From positions 23,210-87,209 of IMG/VR virus record IMGVR_UViG_3300005264_000009: 64,000 nt of DNA, one strand, 5' to 3'. This document shows positions 1 through 9,104 of the stretch, in pieces; position 1 is the first letter of the stretch; every line of letters starts with the position of its first letter. The notes below the pieces were generated by a model. The model did no database searches and was not told the origin of the DNA. It worked only from the letters and a program-made list of their open reading frames with translations. The translations under genes and the position numbers were made by a program. The stretch comes from a virus.

Positions 1-191
1 GTATATGAGGATGAGAATGATTAAATTAAGTATGGTAATAAATCAAGTTAGGTATAGACTCTTTAATATGATTACAGCGAATTTCATAAGTAAAGATGTT
101 TTATATACAGAAGATGAAATTAAAATCGTAAAAGCTGAATTATGGGCTTTAAAAAACTTACAAAAAATGTATTAAAAAAGGGGTGTAAATT

Positions 192-554
192 ATGAGTATT
201 CAAAAGTGTGCTGGGTGTGTTTATGAACCAGAGGAGTGGAGTGAAATACATTATGGTCCTAAATGGAGTTATAAAGAGGGTTTGTGTAAAAAAGAAAATG
301 TTCTTGTTCGTATATATATAAATGTTCCAATAGATATTTGTAGTGATTATAAACAAAAAGATGTAGAGGAATTAAATAATGAAATATTGGAGTTGTGTAA
401 AAAGGCATATAAAAAACCTATTGTAAGTACAGGTAGTGGTTTACGTTGTTTCTTTTGTGATAAATACCAAACTGATGATGGTTTATTAAGGGATAGACAT
501 TACTCCGATTGTGATTTTTTAAAATATAAAAAAGTAATGAAAAAGTACAAGTAA
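192..554 (+). CDS. hypothetical Cys-rich phage protein (paralog of 565..1086)
   Basis: 120 aa ORF with RBS-like GGGGTG; N-terminus QKCxxCxYEP..W..IH and GLCxKxN are shared with the next ORF. Confidence 0.75.
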   Translation: MSIQKCAGCVYEPEEWSEIHYGPKWSYKEGLCKKENVLVRIYINVPIDICSDYKQKDVEELNNEILELCKKAYKKPIVSTGSGLRCFFCDKYQTDDGLLRDRHYSDCDFLKYKKVMKKYK

Positions 555-564
555 GGTGTAAATT

Positions 565-1086
565 ATGTTACAAAAATGTGATGATTGTTTGTATGAACCA
601 AAAAAATGGGATGATATACACTTGGTGCATCATAATTCTAAAGTGTATTTTAAAAAAGGTTTGTGTGAAAAAAAGAATGAACTTATTTATTCTTATACAG
701 ATAACCAAATGAATACAGATTATTACCCTTCTACATGTGTATGTGCATGTACTTCTATTTGTACTTGTAAGTGTAATGAATATAAACAAAAGGAAAAAAC
801 AGGAATGAAAAATTTTAAATTAATAGATAAAAAAGAATTTTGTGCACTTATAGAGTGTAAAAACATTTACAAGATAGTTGATTGTGTTGATTGTGTTGAT
901 TGTAATGTAACACGGTTTAATAATTGGGTAGAAAACATTAAAAAAGGAATAATGATAGCACCAAAAGAAGTAAAAAAAGTAAAAGAAGAAAATCAATTTG
1001 ATTTTACAGCCAGTAGGAGTGTTATGGATACTTTCCCAAAAAAAGAGGAGGATAAAATAAAATTATTAGTTAAATTATTAAAATAA
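565..1086 (+). CDS. hypothetical Cys-rich phage protein
   Basis: 173 aa ORF, AAGGTG RBS, N-terminal similarity to 192..554. Confidence 0.75.
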   Translation: MLQKCDDCLYEPKKWDDIHLVHHNSKVYFKKGLCEKKNELIYSYTDNQMNTDYYPSTCVCACTSICTCKCNEYKQKEKTGMKNFKLIDKKEFCALIECKNIYKIVDCVDCVDCNVTRFNNWVENIKKGIMIAPKEVKKVKEENQFDFTASRSVMDTFPKKEEDKIKLLVKLLK

Positions 1087-1101
1087 AAATAGGTATATAT
1101 T

Positions 1102-1404
1102 ATGATAATAGAAGAACATATCAAATTGAAGTATTTAGAAAAAGGTTGGTGTGATAACGATATTGTAATGCTTCACGCATGTTTTCAATTATTAGAAGAT
1201 TGTGTAGAGCAAGAAGATATATTTAATGTGATTGTTTGGGATAATTCTTCTGACCTTTTAGAAGTTAAACATAAAATAAAAAAACTATATGATTGGTGGA
1301 AGTCAAGATTGACTGCTGATAATTTTGTATCAAGTGATCAATATGACGAAGATAGTAATAAATTAATAGAATTAATAAAATTAAGGGGTTACTTATGGAC
1401 TTAA
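1102..1404 (+). CDS. hypothetical phage protein
   Basis: 100 aa ORF in operon context, ends LIKLRGYLWT. Confidence 0.7.
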   Translation: MIIEEHIKLKYLEKGWCDNDIVMLHACFQLLEDCVEQEDIFNVIVWDNSSDLLEVKHKIKKLYDWWKSRLTADNFVSSDQYDEDSNKLIELIKLRGYLWT

Positions 1405-1419
1405 TAAAGGAATTAGCTA

Positions 1420-1623
1420 ATGAGTATATTAGATTTTTTTCAAGTAGAAAATAACCAAAATTGTTATTTATGTGGTGAAAGTGCACAAACTGTTTGTGAA
1501 CATTGTGAAGAATTTATTTGCTTAAATTGTTGTTGTATTCATACAGAAAATACATTTATTGAATATAACTTATGTTTAGAATGTTATGATTATATAAAAT
1601 TAAAGGAGGAATTAAATGCATAG
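1420..1623 (+). CDS. small Zn-finger (B-box-like) protein
   Basis: CxxC-x6-CxxC-x4-CxxC...CxxC pattern; AAAGGA RBS. Confidence 0.7.
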   Translation: MSILDFFQVENNQNCYLCGESAQTVCEHCEEFICLNCCCIHTENTFIEYNLCLECYDYIKLKEELNA

Positions 1624-1783
1624 TTATGATTCACAACAATGCACTATATGTGAAAGAATAACTGAAACAACTTGTGAAATTTGTGGGAATTACATTTGTT
1701 TTCATTGTTGTTATACTTTTTGTAATTTTGAAGAATTGAATATTAAATTGTGTCTTGAATGTTTTTGTAAAAAGGAGGATTAA
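1616..1783 (+). CDS. small Zn-finger protein, paralog of 1420..1623 (not in ORF track)
   Basis: Translated by hand: MHSYDSQQCTICERITETTCEICGNYICFHCC...LCLECFCKKED, same Cys spacing; GGAGGA RBS. Confidence 0.7.
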   Translation: MHSYDSQQCTICERITETTCEICGNYICFHCCYTFCNFEELNIKLCLECFCKKED

Positions 1784-2782
1784 ATGAAAGATGATGTTGC
1801 TCCAAAAGATATTATTGAAAAATCTGATTTATCTACTATACCTTTAGATTTACTTGATGAATTATTAGACCCAACCTATGCAGAGGGGCTATTCAAGTAT
1901 TACAAAGAATCATGGCGTAAAGGATTTCCTATTTCTGTTTTATATTCAGCTTTAAGAAGACACTTAAATCAATTTTTCTTTGAAAGAGAAGACTTTGATA
2001 AAGAAACTTTTGAAAAGTATGGTATTCAAAAAACACACTTAGGGGCTATTATTTTTTGCTGTATTAGTATGTATAATTCTTTAAAATTAAACAAAGGTTT
2101 TGATGATAGACCTTATATAAAAAAGAAAAAAGAAAATAAACACAATATAAAAAAGAAAAAAGGTAATAAACCCAATATAAAAAAGGAAGAAATAGTTAAA
2201 GAAAAGTATAACAAAATATTTGATTATGATTTAGAGTTACAAAGTGATCTTGATGATTTTCTTAAAGATGATTTATTACCACAAGATGATATGAATGATT
2301 TTCTTAAAAATGATTTATTACCACAAGATGATATTGATGATTTTCTTAAAAATGAGATATTACCACAAGATGATATTGATGATTTTCTTAAAAATGATAA
2401 AAAAGAAGAAAAAAAATTCAAGTATGAAAAAGAATTAATAGATTTTATTAATCAACAAGTTAGAGATAATAAGTTACATGATGTTTTACTTACACAAGAC
2501 GAAGTTACAAAAATGTTTGACTTACCTGATAAGGGTAAAAAACATGATTATGTTTGTAAATATATACCAAAAAACAATGCTGATATTAAGGAAAAATGTT
2601 TGTCTTGCAAATCATTTGATGAAGAATATTTTATGGCATGTATGAATAGTTTAAAATGTGATAATTACTCTTTATATGAAGAATCACATTGTTCTACTTG
2701 TAAAAAACAATATAGTACTTTTGTAAATTTTAAAGAAATAGTGTGTAAACATTGTTCGATCAACCCTAAAAATAGAATATAA
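1784..2782 (+). CDS. dATP/dGTP diphosphohydrolase-like (DUF5664) N-terminal domain plus repeat-containing C-terminal extension
   Basis: K.DL..IP ... G..KY...SWRKG ... SAL.RHL ... HL motif series typical of DUF5664. Confidence 0.7.
   Translation: MKDDVAPKDIIEKSDLSTIPLDLLDELLDPTYAEGLFKYYKESWRKGFPISVLYSALRRHLNQFFFEREDFDKETFEKYGIQKTHLGAIIFCCISMYNSLKLNKGFDDRPYIKKKKENKHNIKKKKGNKPNIKKEEIVKEKYNKIFDYDLELQSDLDDFLKDDLLPQDDMNDFLKNDLLPQDDIDDFLKNEILPQDDIDDFLKNDKKEEKKFKYEKELIDFINQQVRDNKLHDVLLTQDEVTKMFDLPDKGKKHDYVCKYIPKNNADIKEKCLSCKSFDEEYFMACMNSLKCDNYSLYEESHCSTCKKQYSTFVNFKEIVCKHCSINPKNRI
2253..2397 (+). repeat. 42-nt coding tandem repeat, about 3.5 copies (DDFLKNDLLPQDDI)
   Basis: GATTTTCTTAAA.ATGA..TATTACCACAAGATGAT repeated. 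Confidence 0.9.
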
Positions 2783-2794
2783 AGGAAAATTAAA

Positions 2795-3370
2795 ATGGAT
2801 TTCAAAGATTTACAATTTGGAGATAGTGTACATTCTATATTAAACGGTTGGGGAACATACACAAGTAATGATTCTATTCACTATCTTGTTGATTTTCCAG
2901 ATGGTTTTACTAAAAAATATAATGTAAATGGTTTTTTCTTTGAACATGATATTAAACCTGAAATTATTGATGTTAAAAGAAGACATTGGCAACCAAAAAA
3001 AACAGATGACATGTATATAATTAATGCAAATGGTAAAATACATAATACTAAAGCAAGAGATGAAAAATGTTTGGAGACTGGTAGAATTTACCATACATAC
3101 AAACAAGCAAAACACGTATATGAAAAAACAATTAAACCATGCCAAAGATTAGCCTCTTGGATTAGTGAAAACGATCCTAATAATATATATGATATTAATT
3201 GGGGGGATAAAACACAAGGCAAATATTTCATTTATTACTATTATAAAAATTCTGAATGGCTTTTAAATTATACTTTAGAGCATCAAATAGTTGGAGTACC
3301 ATATATTTTATGTAAAAAAACAGCAGAAAAACTTGTAAATGGTCTTAACAATAAAACCATAATTTTATAA
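2795..3370 (+). CDS. hypothetical protein (paralog of 3446..4036)
   Basis: Shared MxFKDLxxGDxV, GWG.Y, DIKPEII, PCQR, GLNxKTI motifs. Confidence 0.8.
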   Translation: MDFKDLQFGDSVHSILNGWGTYTSNDSIHYLVDFPDGFTKKYNVNGFFFEHDIKPEIIDVKRRHWQPKKTDDMYIINANGKIHNTKARDEKCLETGRIYHTYKQAKHVYEKTIKPCQRLASWISENDPNNIYDINWGDKTQGKYFIYYYYKNSEWLLNYTLEHQIVGVPYILCKKTAEKLVNGLNNKTIIL

Positions 3371-3445
3371 GGATTAAAATGGATTTAAATTCTTATGCCA
3401 TCCACACAAACTTCCAAAAATAAACATATTAAAAAGGAGAATGAA

Positions 3446-4036
3446 ATGAATTTCAAAGATTTAAAAATTGGTGATGAAGTAAAATCAAGTTTAAAGGGTT
3501 GGGGCAATTATGCTGGAAAAACTGATAATAATAAATATGTTGTCAGGTACACATCTAATGGTGGTTATAAATTTGATGTGTATGATGCTATTTATACAGA
3601 AGATGGTTTTGCATCTGATAAAGATATTAAGCCTGAAATTATTAAAGTAAAAAAATTTGATTGGAATCCAAGTATAAATAATAGTGCACATATACAAGCA
3701 TCAGGTTTTATAATATCCACAAAAAACGTAATACCAGACTATGAGGGGAGAACATATAAAACAACAAAAGAAGCAAAGCAAGTTTATCATCAAATATTAA
3801 GACCCTGCCAAAGAATGGCAGCATGGGCACAAGAACATGCACCTGATGATATATACAATATTGATTTTGGTAATGAAAATCAATACAAGTATTATGTATA
3901 TTATAATTCTTTATCAAAAAAGTGGGAAGTAAAAAGATCTATATATTATATTTATGTTGGTTGTACTTACTTTTTAAAATTAAGTATAGCAGAACAATTA
4001 GCTAAAGGTTTAAATGATAAAACTATAAAACTATAA
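3446..4036 (+). CDS. hypothetical protein (paralog of 2795..3370)
   Basis: Start re-assigned to ATG after AAGGAG; colinear with upstream paralog. Confidence 0.8.
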   Translation: MNFKDLKIGDEVKSSLKGWGNYAGKTDNNKYVVRYTSNGGYKFDVYDAIYTEDGFASDKDIKPEIIKVKKFDWNPSINNSAHIQASGFIISTKNVIPDYEGRTYKTTKEAKQVYHQILRPCQRMAAWAQEHAPDDIYNIDFGNENQYKYYVYYNSLSKKWEVKRSIYYIYVGCTYFLKLSIAEQLAKGLNDKTIKL

Positions 4037-4054
4037 TTTTATAAAAGGAAACTT

Positions 4055-4225
4055 ATGGATTTTAAAGTAAAGTGTATTGGTTGTAATACAATTAATAACA
4101 TAAAATTAAGTACATCTAAATTAGAATTACTATTTAATATAGAATTAAAATGTTTTAAGTGTAACAGAATACTTTTTATTGATTGGTTAAAATTAAAAGC
4201 GGATAAATCCTTAGAAAAACATTAA
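4055..4225 (+). CDS. small zinc-ribbon protein (not in ORF track)
   Basis: MDFKVKCIGC...KCFKCNR; AAAGGA RBS. Confidence 0.6.
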   Translation: MDFKVKCIGCNTINNIKLSTSKLELLFNIELKCFKCNRILFIDWLKLKADKSLEKH

Positions 4226-4237
4226 AAAAGGTGTAAA

Positions 4238-4432
4238 ATGCATATAGATTTTACGTGTAAAGATTGCCAACAAAAAGGACATATTGATGTGCCTTTTAGT
4301 GTTATAGACGATTATAATATAAGAGGTGATGCAATTCTTATAGAGATTGGTTGTAATTGTGGTTCAAGAATTAATGTAGGTGAATTAATAAAATTAAAAC
4401 AAGGGGAAGAAAATGACAGAAAGAAAAATTAA
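4238..4432 (+). CDS. small zinc-ribbon protein
   Basis: CKDC...CNCG; AAGGTG RBS. Confidence 0.65.
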   Translation: MHIDFTCKDCQQKGHIDVPFSVIDDYNIRGDAILIEIGCNCGSRINVGELIKLKQGEENDRKKN

Positions 4433-4955
4433 GGTTGAAAAAATTACAGATCATTCATGGATATTACGAGCCAATGCAAAAACTACTGGTAAAGTATCAA
4501 AACAGTCTGTTTTTAATGCATACAGAAGTGAACATAGCCCCATACGTAGTCAAATTTTTTGGATCGATTGCGATAATATTGAAACTTTTGTTGCTAATCA
4601 TATAGTGAGACATCACATTGGAGTTGAAAAGTTTGTACAGTCGCAAAGAATTGATAGAGGTGGTGATGAAGATTCAAATCGTTATACACTAACTAATATG
4701 GGTTTATTTATTAATGCACAATCATTAATAAATATGATGAAAGTTCGTTTATGTAAAAAAGCAAGCCAAGAAACATACAGTGTAGCAATGGATATAAGAA
4801 ATAAAATGTTTGATATAGATTATGAGCTTGGTAAGTTTTTTGTACCAACATGCATCTATAGAAATGGTCTTTGTCCAGAAGGTAAAAGTGGATGTGGATT
4901 AAATAAAAACATAAAAGATTCTATATATTCTTATTATGCAAATATGTTTGATTAA
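4413..4955 (+). CDS. thyX: ThyX-like (flavin-dependent thymidylate synthase family) protein
   Basis: EHSP, RHH-x8-SQR (ThyX RHRx7S-like), N..SLI....RLC..A..E motifs; short phage-type version. Confidence 0.65.
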   Translation: MTERKIKVEKITDHSWILRANAKTTGKVSKQSVFNAYRSEHSPIRSQIFWIDCDNIETFVANHIVRHHIGVEKFVQSQRIDRGGDEDSNRYTLTNMGLFINAQSLINMMKVRLCKKASQETYSVAMDIRNKMFDIDYELGKFFVPTCIYRNGLCPEGKSGCGLNKNIKDSIYSYYANMFD

Positions 4956-4983
4956 TAAAATCTTAAAATTTATTAAAAATATA

Positions 4984-5012
4984 TTGACTTCCTATTAAAA
5001 GTGTGTTAGCCT
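4984..5012 (+). promoter_or_regulatory. sigma70-type promoter
   Basis: TTGACT-17nt-TAGCCT with TG extended -10. Confidence 0.65.
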
Positions 5013-5024
5013 GTTTTTAAATCT

Positions 5025-5081
5025 TGTGGGGGAAGATTATTAATAATACTGATACTACCCTTGTCTAAATTTACCCCCACA
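5025..5081 (+). ncRNA. structured leader element (cloverleaf family copy 1)
   Basis: TGTGGGGG...CCCCCACA closing stem just downstream of the promoter. Confidence 0.45.
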
Positions 5082-5129
5082 TTTTCCTTCATTTTAAAAA
5101 ATAATATTTATATACAATTTGGAAGGTTT

Positions 5130-6032
5130 ATGAAAAATATTTATAAACAATTAGAATTTGTTGATATTAGGAATGTTTTGGATGATCTTAATATTGAATA
5201 CAATGAGGCAGGTAAAAACATTGGTAATGAATGGCTTGGTATTGAGATTTGTCCGTTCTGCCAAAGTACAAATAACCATTTAGGAATTAATATTAATTCC
5301 CCTGTTTTTAGTTGTTTTGCATGCGGTGAGAAAGGAAACACATTAAAATATTTAGTTAAAGAACTAAATTCATATCCAAAAGCTATTCAAATCTTAGAAA
5401 AACATCTTCCTTTAGAATTTAAGAAACAAAATAAAAAAATAAAAAACAATAATATAAATGTAAAACTACCCACGAGTAATAAAAACCCAAGTATATACCA
5501 AAAGAATTATTTAATAAATAGAGACTTCAACCCTGATGAATTAATCGAGAAATACGATTTATACTTTTGTGGTCCTACAGGTAAATGGGCTAATAGAATA
5601 ATAGTACCTATATTTAAAAACAGGATGTTAATTACTTTCACAAGTATAGATATTCATAAAGGTTCTAAAATGAGATACAAACATTTATCGGAAGAGAAAA
5701 GTATAATACCTATTAAAAAACATTTATTTGGTCTTGAAAACCAAAGAGATTCTGTTATTGTAGTTGAAGGAATTTTCGATAAATTTAGAATAGGTACTAA
5801 TTGTGTTTGTTCTTTCGGTACACAACAAACACAAGATCAAACAGCAATTTTAAGTGAATTTAAAAGGGTTATAATAGCCTTTGATGGTGATAAGGCTGGC
5901 AATATAGCTATGAACAGATTAGGGGCTAATTTAGCCACGTTATCAGAGGTAATACAGGTAACTTTACCAACTGGAAAAGATCCTGATATGCTTTCCAATA
6001 AAGAAGTAAAAGAAATAAGAAGTTTATTATGA
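5130..6032 (+). CDS. dnaG: DNA primase (Zn finger + TOPRIM)
   Basis: CPFC..H....CFACG zinc finger; VVEGIFD and FDGDKAG TOPRIM motifs; KDP. Confidence 0.9.
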   Translation: MKNIYKQLEFVDIRNVLDDLNIEYNEAGKNIGNEWLGIEICPFCQSTNNHLGININSPVFSCFACGEKGNTLKYLVKELNSYPKAIQILEKHLPLEFKKQNKKIKNNNINVKLPTSNKNPSIYQKNYLINRDFNPDELIEKYDLYFCGPTGKWANRIIVPIFKNRMLITFTSIDIHKGSKMRYKHLSEEKSIIPIKKHLFGLENQRDSVIVVEGIFDKFRIGTNCVCSFGTQQTQDQTAILSEFKRVIIAFDGDKAGNIAMNRLGANLATLSEVIQVTLPTGKDPDMLSNKEVKEIRSLL

Positions 6033-6078
6033 ATATTTTGACAATTAAAGATTATATTGATAAATACCCAAACAATAA

Positions 6079-6424
6079 AAAATATTTACATATGTTTGGT
6101 TTAAATCCAAAATTACAAGCAACAATATTTTAGATTGGAAAGTAAAAAATATTATAGATTTAAAAATGATAAAAGTAAATGATGATTGAAATAATTATCA
6201 AGGTAATTACATACTTTTACAAATGACAGAAAAATATAATAATATTAAACAAATTAATCAGCCTTATTACTTAACTGCATTAGGCTTTGACGATTTTTAT
6301 ATGCGAAAAGAGTATGGTTTTACAAGTGATGGTAAAAAAAAAGAAAATGGTTAAAGAATTTCATAACTTAAATAAAACAATTAATATTAATACTTTATTG
6401 AAAATGGGGTTTACTATTGAATGA
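6079..6424 (+). pseudogene. possible degraded Rha-like regulatory gene
   Basis: Broken reading frame containing QPYYLTALGF...GFT..GKK; internal TGA and an A9 run frameshift. Confidence 0.3.
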
Positions 6425-6926
6425 ATTATCGTTATTTACAGGGATTGGTGGTGGCTTATTAGCCTCAAAATATTTATTAAAATGGAAAACAATAGGGATG
6501 GTAGAATATGAAACGTATCCTCAAAAAGTGTTACAGCAAAGACAAAAAGATAAACTGCTTGATAAATGCCCCATCTTTGGGGATATCAGAAAATTTATCG
6601 ATCAAGGGTATGCGGAAAGCTATAAGGGAATGGTTGATGTCATCACAGGAGGTTTCCCATGCCAACCATTTAGTGTTGCAGGAAAACAAAGAGGTGATGC
6701 AGACGAAAGAAATATGTGGGATGCCATGTGCAAAGTTATCGAAATCATCCAACCAAGATATGTATTGGCAGAAAATGTCCCAGGACTTATTTCATGTGGA
6801 TACATCGGAACAGTCCTTAAAGATATTTCCCAAATCGGGTACAATGCGAGATGGCAAACTTTATCTGCAAAAGCCGTTAATGCCTGTCATAAAAGGCAAA
6901 GATTATGGATCTTTGCATATAAATAA
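6417..6926 (+). CDS. DNA (cytosine-5) methyltransferase, N-terminal subunit (motifs I-VIII)
   Basis: LFTGIGG, GGFPCQPFS, ENV, HKRQR motifs; stops before motifs IX/X. Confidence 0.9.
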   Translation: MNELSLFTGIGGGLLASKYLLKWKTIGMVEYETYPQKVLQQRQKDKLLDKCPIFGDIRKFIDQGYAESYKGMVDVITGGFPCQPFSVAGKQRGDADERNMWDAMCKVIEIIQPRYVLAENVPGLISCGYIGTVLKDISQIGYNARWQTLSAKAVNACHKRQRLWIFAYK

Positions 6927-7377
6927 GAAAAATTTACCAACACCACGAGCATGTGATGGGTTAAGTAGTGGTATAACTGATGCTCTTTTTTCAGGTATAG
7001 GTTGGTATAGAATAAATAAAAAAGGTGAAAGGTTTGGTGTACGTTTAGCAGATGCTGTTTATGCTATTACACACTTAAATAAGAATAAAAAGTGTGATTC
7101 AAAAAATACATTATCATTAAAACCAAAAGGTGAAAAAGATGGGTTAAATCCTGATTGGGTTGAATGGTTAATGCATATGCCTATTGGTTGGACAGATATA
7201 AAAGAGTTAAAAGAATTAATATGGCTTGATCCCTTAATTGATCCTCACCCTAAATTAAAAAGAACAACACAAAATAAAGTAAATAGAAGTTCAAGGCTTA
7301 AAGGAATAGGAAATGCCCAATATTGTTTAACAGTTTATTATGTTTGGCGTATTTTATTCTTAAAAAAAACATTTTAA
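6508..7377 (+). CDS. C5 methyltransferase second subunit in overlapping frame (TRD, motifs IX and X); likely start 6637
   Basis: PTPRA, LNPDWVEWLMHMPIGWT (motif IX-like), RLKGIGNAQ (motif X). Confidence 0.8.
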   Translation: MKRILKKCYSKDKKINCLINAPSLGISENLSIKGMRKAIREWLMSSQEVSHANHLVLQENKEVMQTKEICGMPCAKLSKSSNQDMYWQKMSQDLFHVDTSEQSLKIFPKSGTMRDGKLYLQKPLMPVIKGKDYGSLHINKKNLPTPRACDGLSSGITDALFSGIGWYRINKKGERFGVRLADAVYAITHLNKNKKCDSKNTLSLKPKGEKDGLNPDWVEWLMHMPIGWTDIKELKELIWLDPLIDPHPKLKRTTQNKVNRSSRLKGIGNAQYCLTVYYVWRILFLKKTF

Positions 7378-7389
7378 AAGAGGATAATA

Positions 7390-7983
7390 ATGAAAAAAGA
7401 TTGGACAGGAAATTCAAAAACCACATTTACCACTTTAGGTGCAAGTAGTCATACAAGAGAGAAAAGAGAAGAAAATGATTATTATGCAACACATCCAGAA
7501 GCTGTAAGAATGTTATTTAAGTTAGAAGATTTTAATAGTGTTCTTGAACCATCATGTGGTGAGGGTCATCTTGCAAAAGAAATTAAAAAAATAAAAGGTG
7601 ATGTTACAGCATCAGATTTAATTGATAGAGGTTACGGTACAAAAAAGAATTTCTTACAATACAATAAATGGGATGGTGATATTATCACAAATCCACCATA
7701 TAAATATGCAAAAGAGTTTATATTGCATGCTTTAAAAATTATTCCTGATGGTAATAAAGTAGCAATGTTTTTAAAATTACAATTTTTAGAGGGACAAAAT
7801 AGAAAAGGTTTATTTCTAAACCATCCTTTTAGAACATTATATGTTTCTTCATCACGTATTTTATGTGCAAAAAATGGTGAGTTTACTAAAAATGGTAAAA
7901 AAATATCATCCGCCGTAGCATATGGTTGGTATGTTTGGCATAAAGGTTTCCACGGTAATCCTATTATAAAATGGTTTAATTAG
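7390..7983 (+). CDS. phage amino-DNA methyltransferase
   Basis: DYYAT, LEPSCGEG (motif I), IITNPPY (motif IV). Confidence 0.85.
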   Translation: MKKDWTGNSKTTFTTLGASSHTREKREENDYYATHPEAVRMLFKLEDFNSVLEPSCGEGHLAKEIKKIKGDVTASDLIDRGYGTKKNFLQYNKWDGDIITNPPYKYAKEFILHALKIIPDGNKVAMFLKLQFLEGQNRKGLFLNHPFRTLYVSSSRILCAKNGEFTKNGKKISSAVAYGWYVWHKGFHGNPIIKWFN

Positions 7984-7990
7984 GTACTAC

Positions 7991-8716
7991 ATGAAATATA
8001 TGGGAAGTAAAAGACGTATTGCCAAGTATATTTTACCTTATATTTTACAAGGTAGAAGTAAAAATCAGTGGTATATAGAGCCTTTTGTTGGTGGTGCTAA
8101 TATCATAGATAAGGTTAAGGGCAAAAGGCTTGGAAGTGATATAAATAACTATCTAATAGAGGCTTTAAAAGCTATTCAAGATGGTTGGCTACCACCAATG
8201 AAAATTACCGAAGAAGAGTATTATGATATTAAGAAAAATAAAGATAATTATCCTGATTATTTCGTGGGTTATGTTGGATTTACTATGAGTTTTGGTGCTA
8301 AATGGTTTGATGGTTATGCCAAAGGTGATAATAGAGATTATGCAAAACAGGCTTTTAAAAGTACAAAAAAACAAGCAACCAAACTTAAAGATATTATATT
8401 TAAAACATGTGAATATAACGAATTAGAAACACCTCCTAATAGTATTATTTATTGTGACCCACCTTATAAAGGCACAAAAGAATATAAAAATAAAAAATTT
8501 AATCATGATAAATTTTGGGAGTGGTGTAGAAAAAAAGTAAAAGAAGGACATAAAGTTTTTATAAGTGAGTACAATGCACCACCAGATTTTATTTGTATTT
8601 GGGAAAAAAAGGTAAAAATAACAACATCTTTAGATAATTATAAAACAAGTATAGAAAAATTATTCCAACATAAAAGCCAAGTTATAAAGCGAGAAAAACA
8701 AAGTTTATTATTTTAA
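7991..8716 (+). CDS. Dam/D12-class N6-adenine DNA methyltransferase
   Basis: KYMGSK, EPFVGG, YCDPPY. Confidence 0.9.
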   Translation: MKYMGSKRRIAKYILPYILQGRSKNQWYIEPFVGGANIIDKVKGKRLGSDINNYLIEALKAIQDGWLPPMKITEEEYYDIKKNKDNYPDYFVGYVGFTMSFGAKWFDGYAKGDNRDYAKQAFKSTKKQATKLKDIIFKTCEYNELETPPNSIIYCDPPYKGTKEYKNKKFNHDKFWEWCRKKVKEGHKVFISEYNAPPDFICIWEKKVKITTSLDNYKTSIEKLFQHKSQVIKREKQSLLF

Positions 8717-8726
8717 AAGGAGGATT

Positions 8727-9104
8727 ATGAAAATTTATTTAGCTGTACCTTACATGAGTGATGACATTAATATTATTGAAGAACGTGTCAGATTAGTTAA
8801 TGAAATGGCTGGTAAGATAATGGAACTTGGGCATACTGTATTTAGTCCAATTTCACACAGTCATCCCATATCAAAGACTATGGAAACAAAGGATGATGCT
8901 TTCTGGATCAAACAAGATTATTCTTTTATAAAATGGTGTGATGTTCTTTGTATTTATCAATTAACAGGATGGGAAGAATCAAAAGGTATTAAAAAAGAAA
9001 CAGCTTATGCTATGCTTTTAGATAAAACAGTATGTAATACTGAACATATATTTAAAAATAATATATATAATTGGAGAAATAAATATATTAAAGGAGTAAA
9101 ATGA
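8727..9104 (+). CDS. DUF1937 / nucleoside 2-deoxyribosyltransferase-like protein
   Basis: KIYLAVPY, FSPISHSHP, W...D..FI..CD, GWEESKG..KE. Confidence 0.75.
   Translation: MKIYLAVPYMSDDINIIEERVRLVNEMAGKIMELGHTVFSPISHSHPISKTMETKDDAFWIKQDYSFIKWCDVLCIYQLTGWEESKGIKKETAYAMLLDKTVCNTEHIFKNNIYNWRNKYIKGVK

Noticed and set aside
2253-2397. Repeat arrays here, at 27192 and at 33715 as possible CRISPR arrays
   Set aside because: They are in-frame coding tandem repeats without unique spacers, and no cas genes are present
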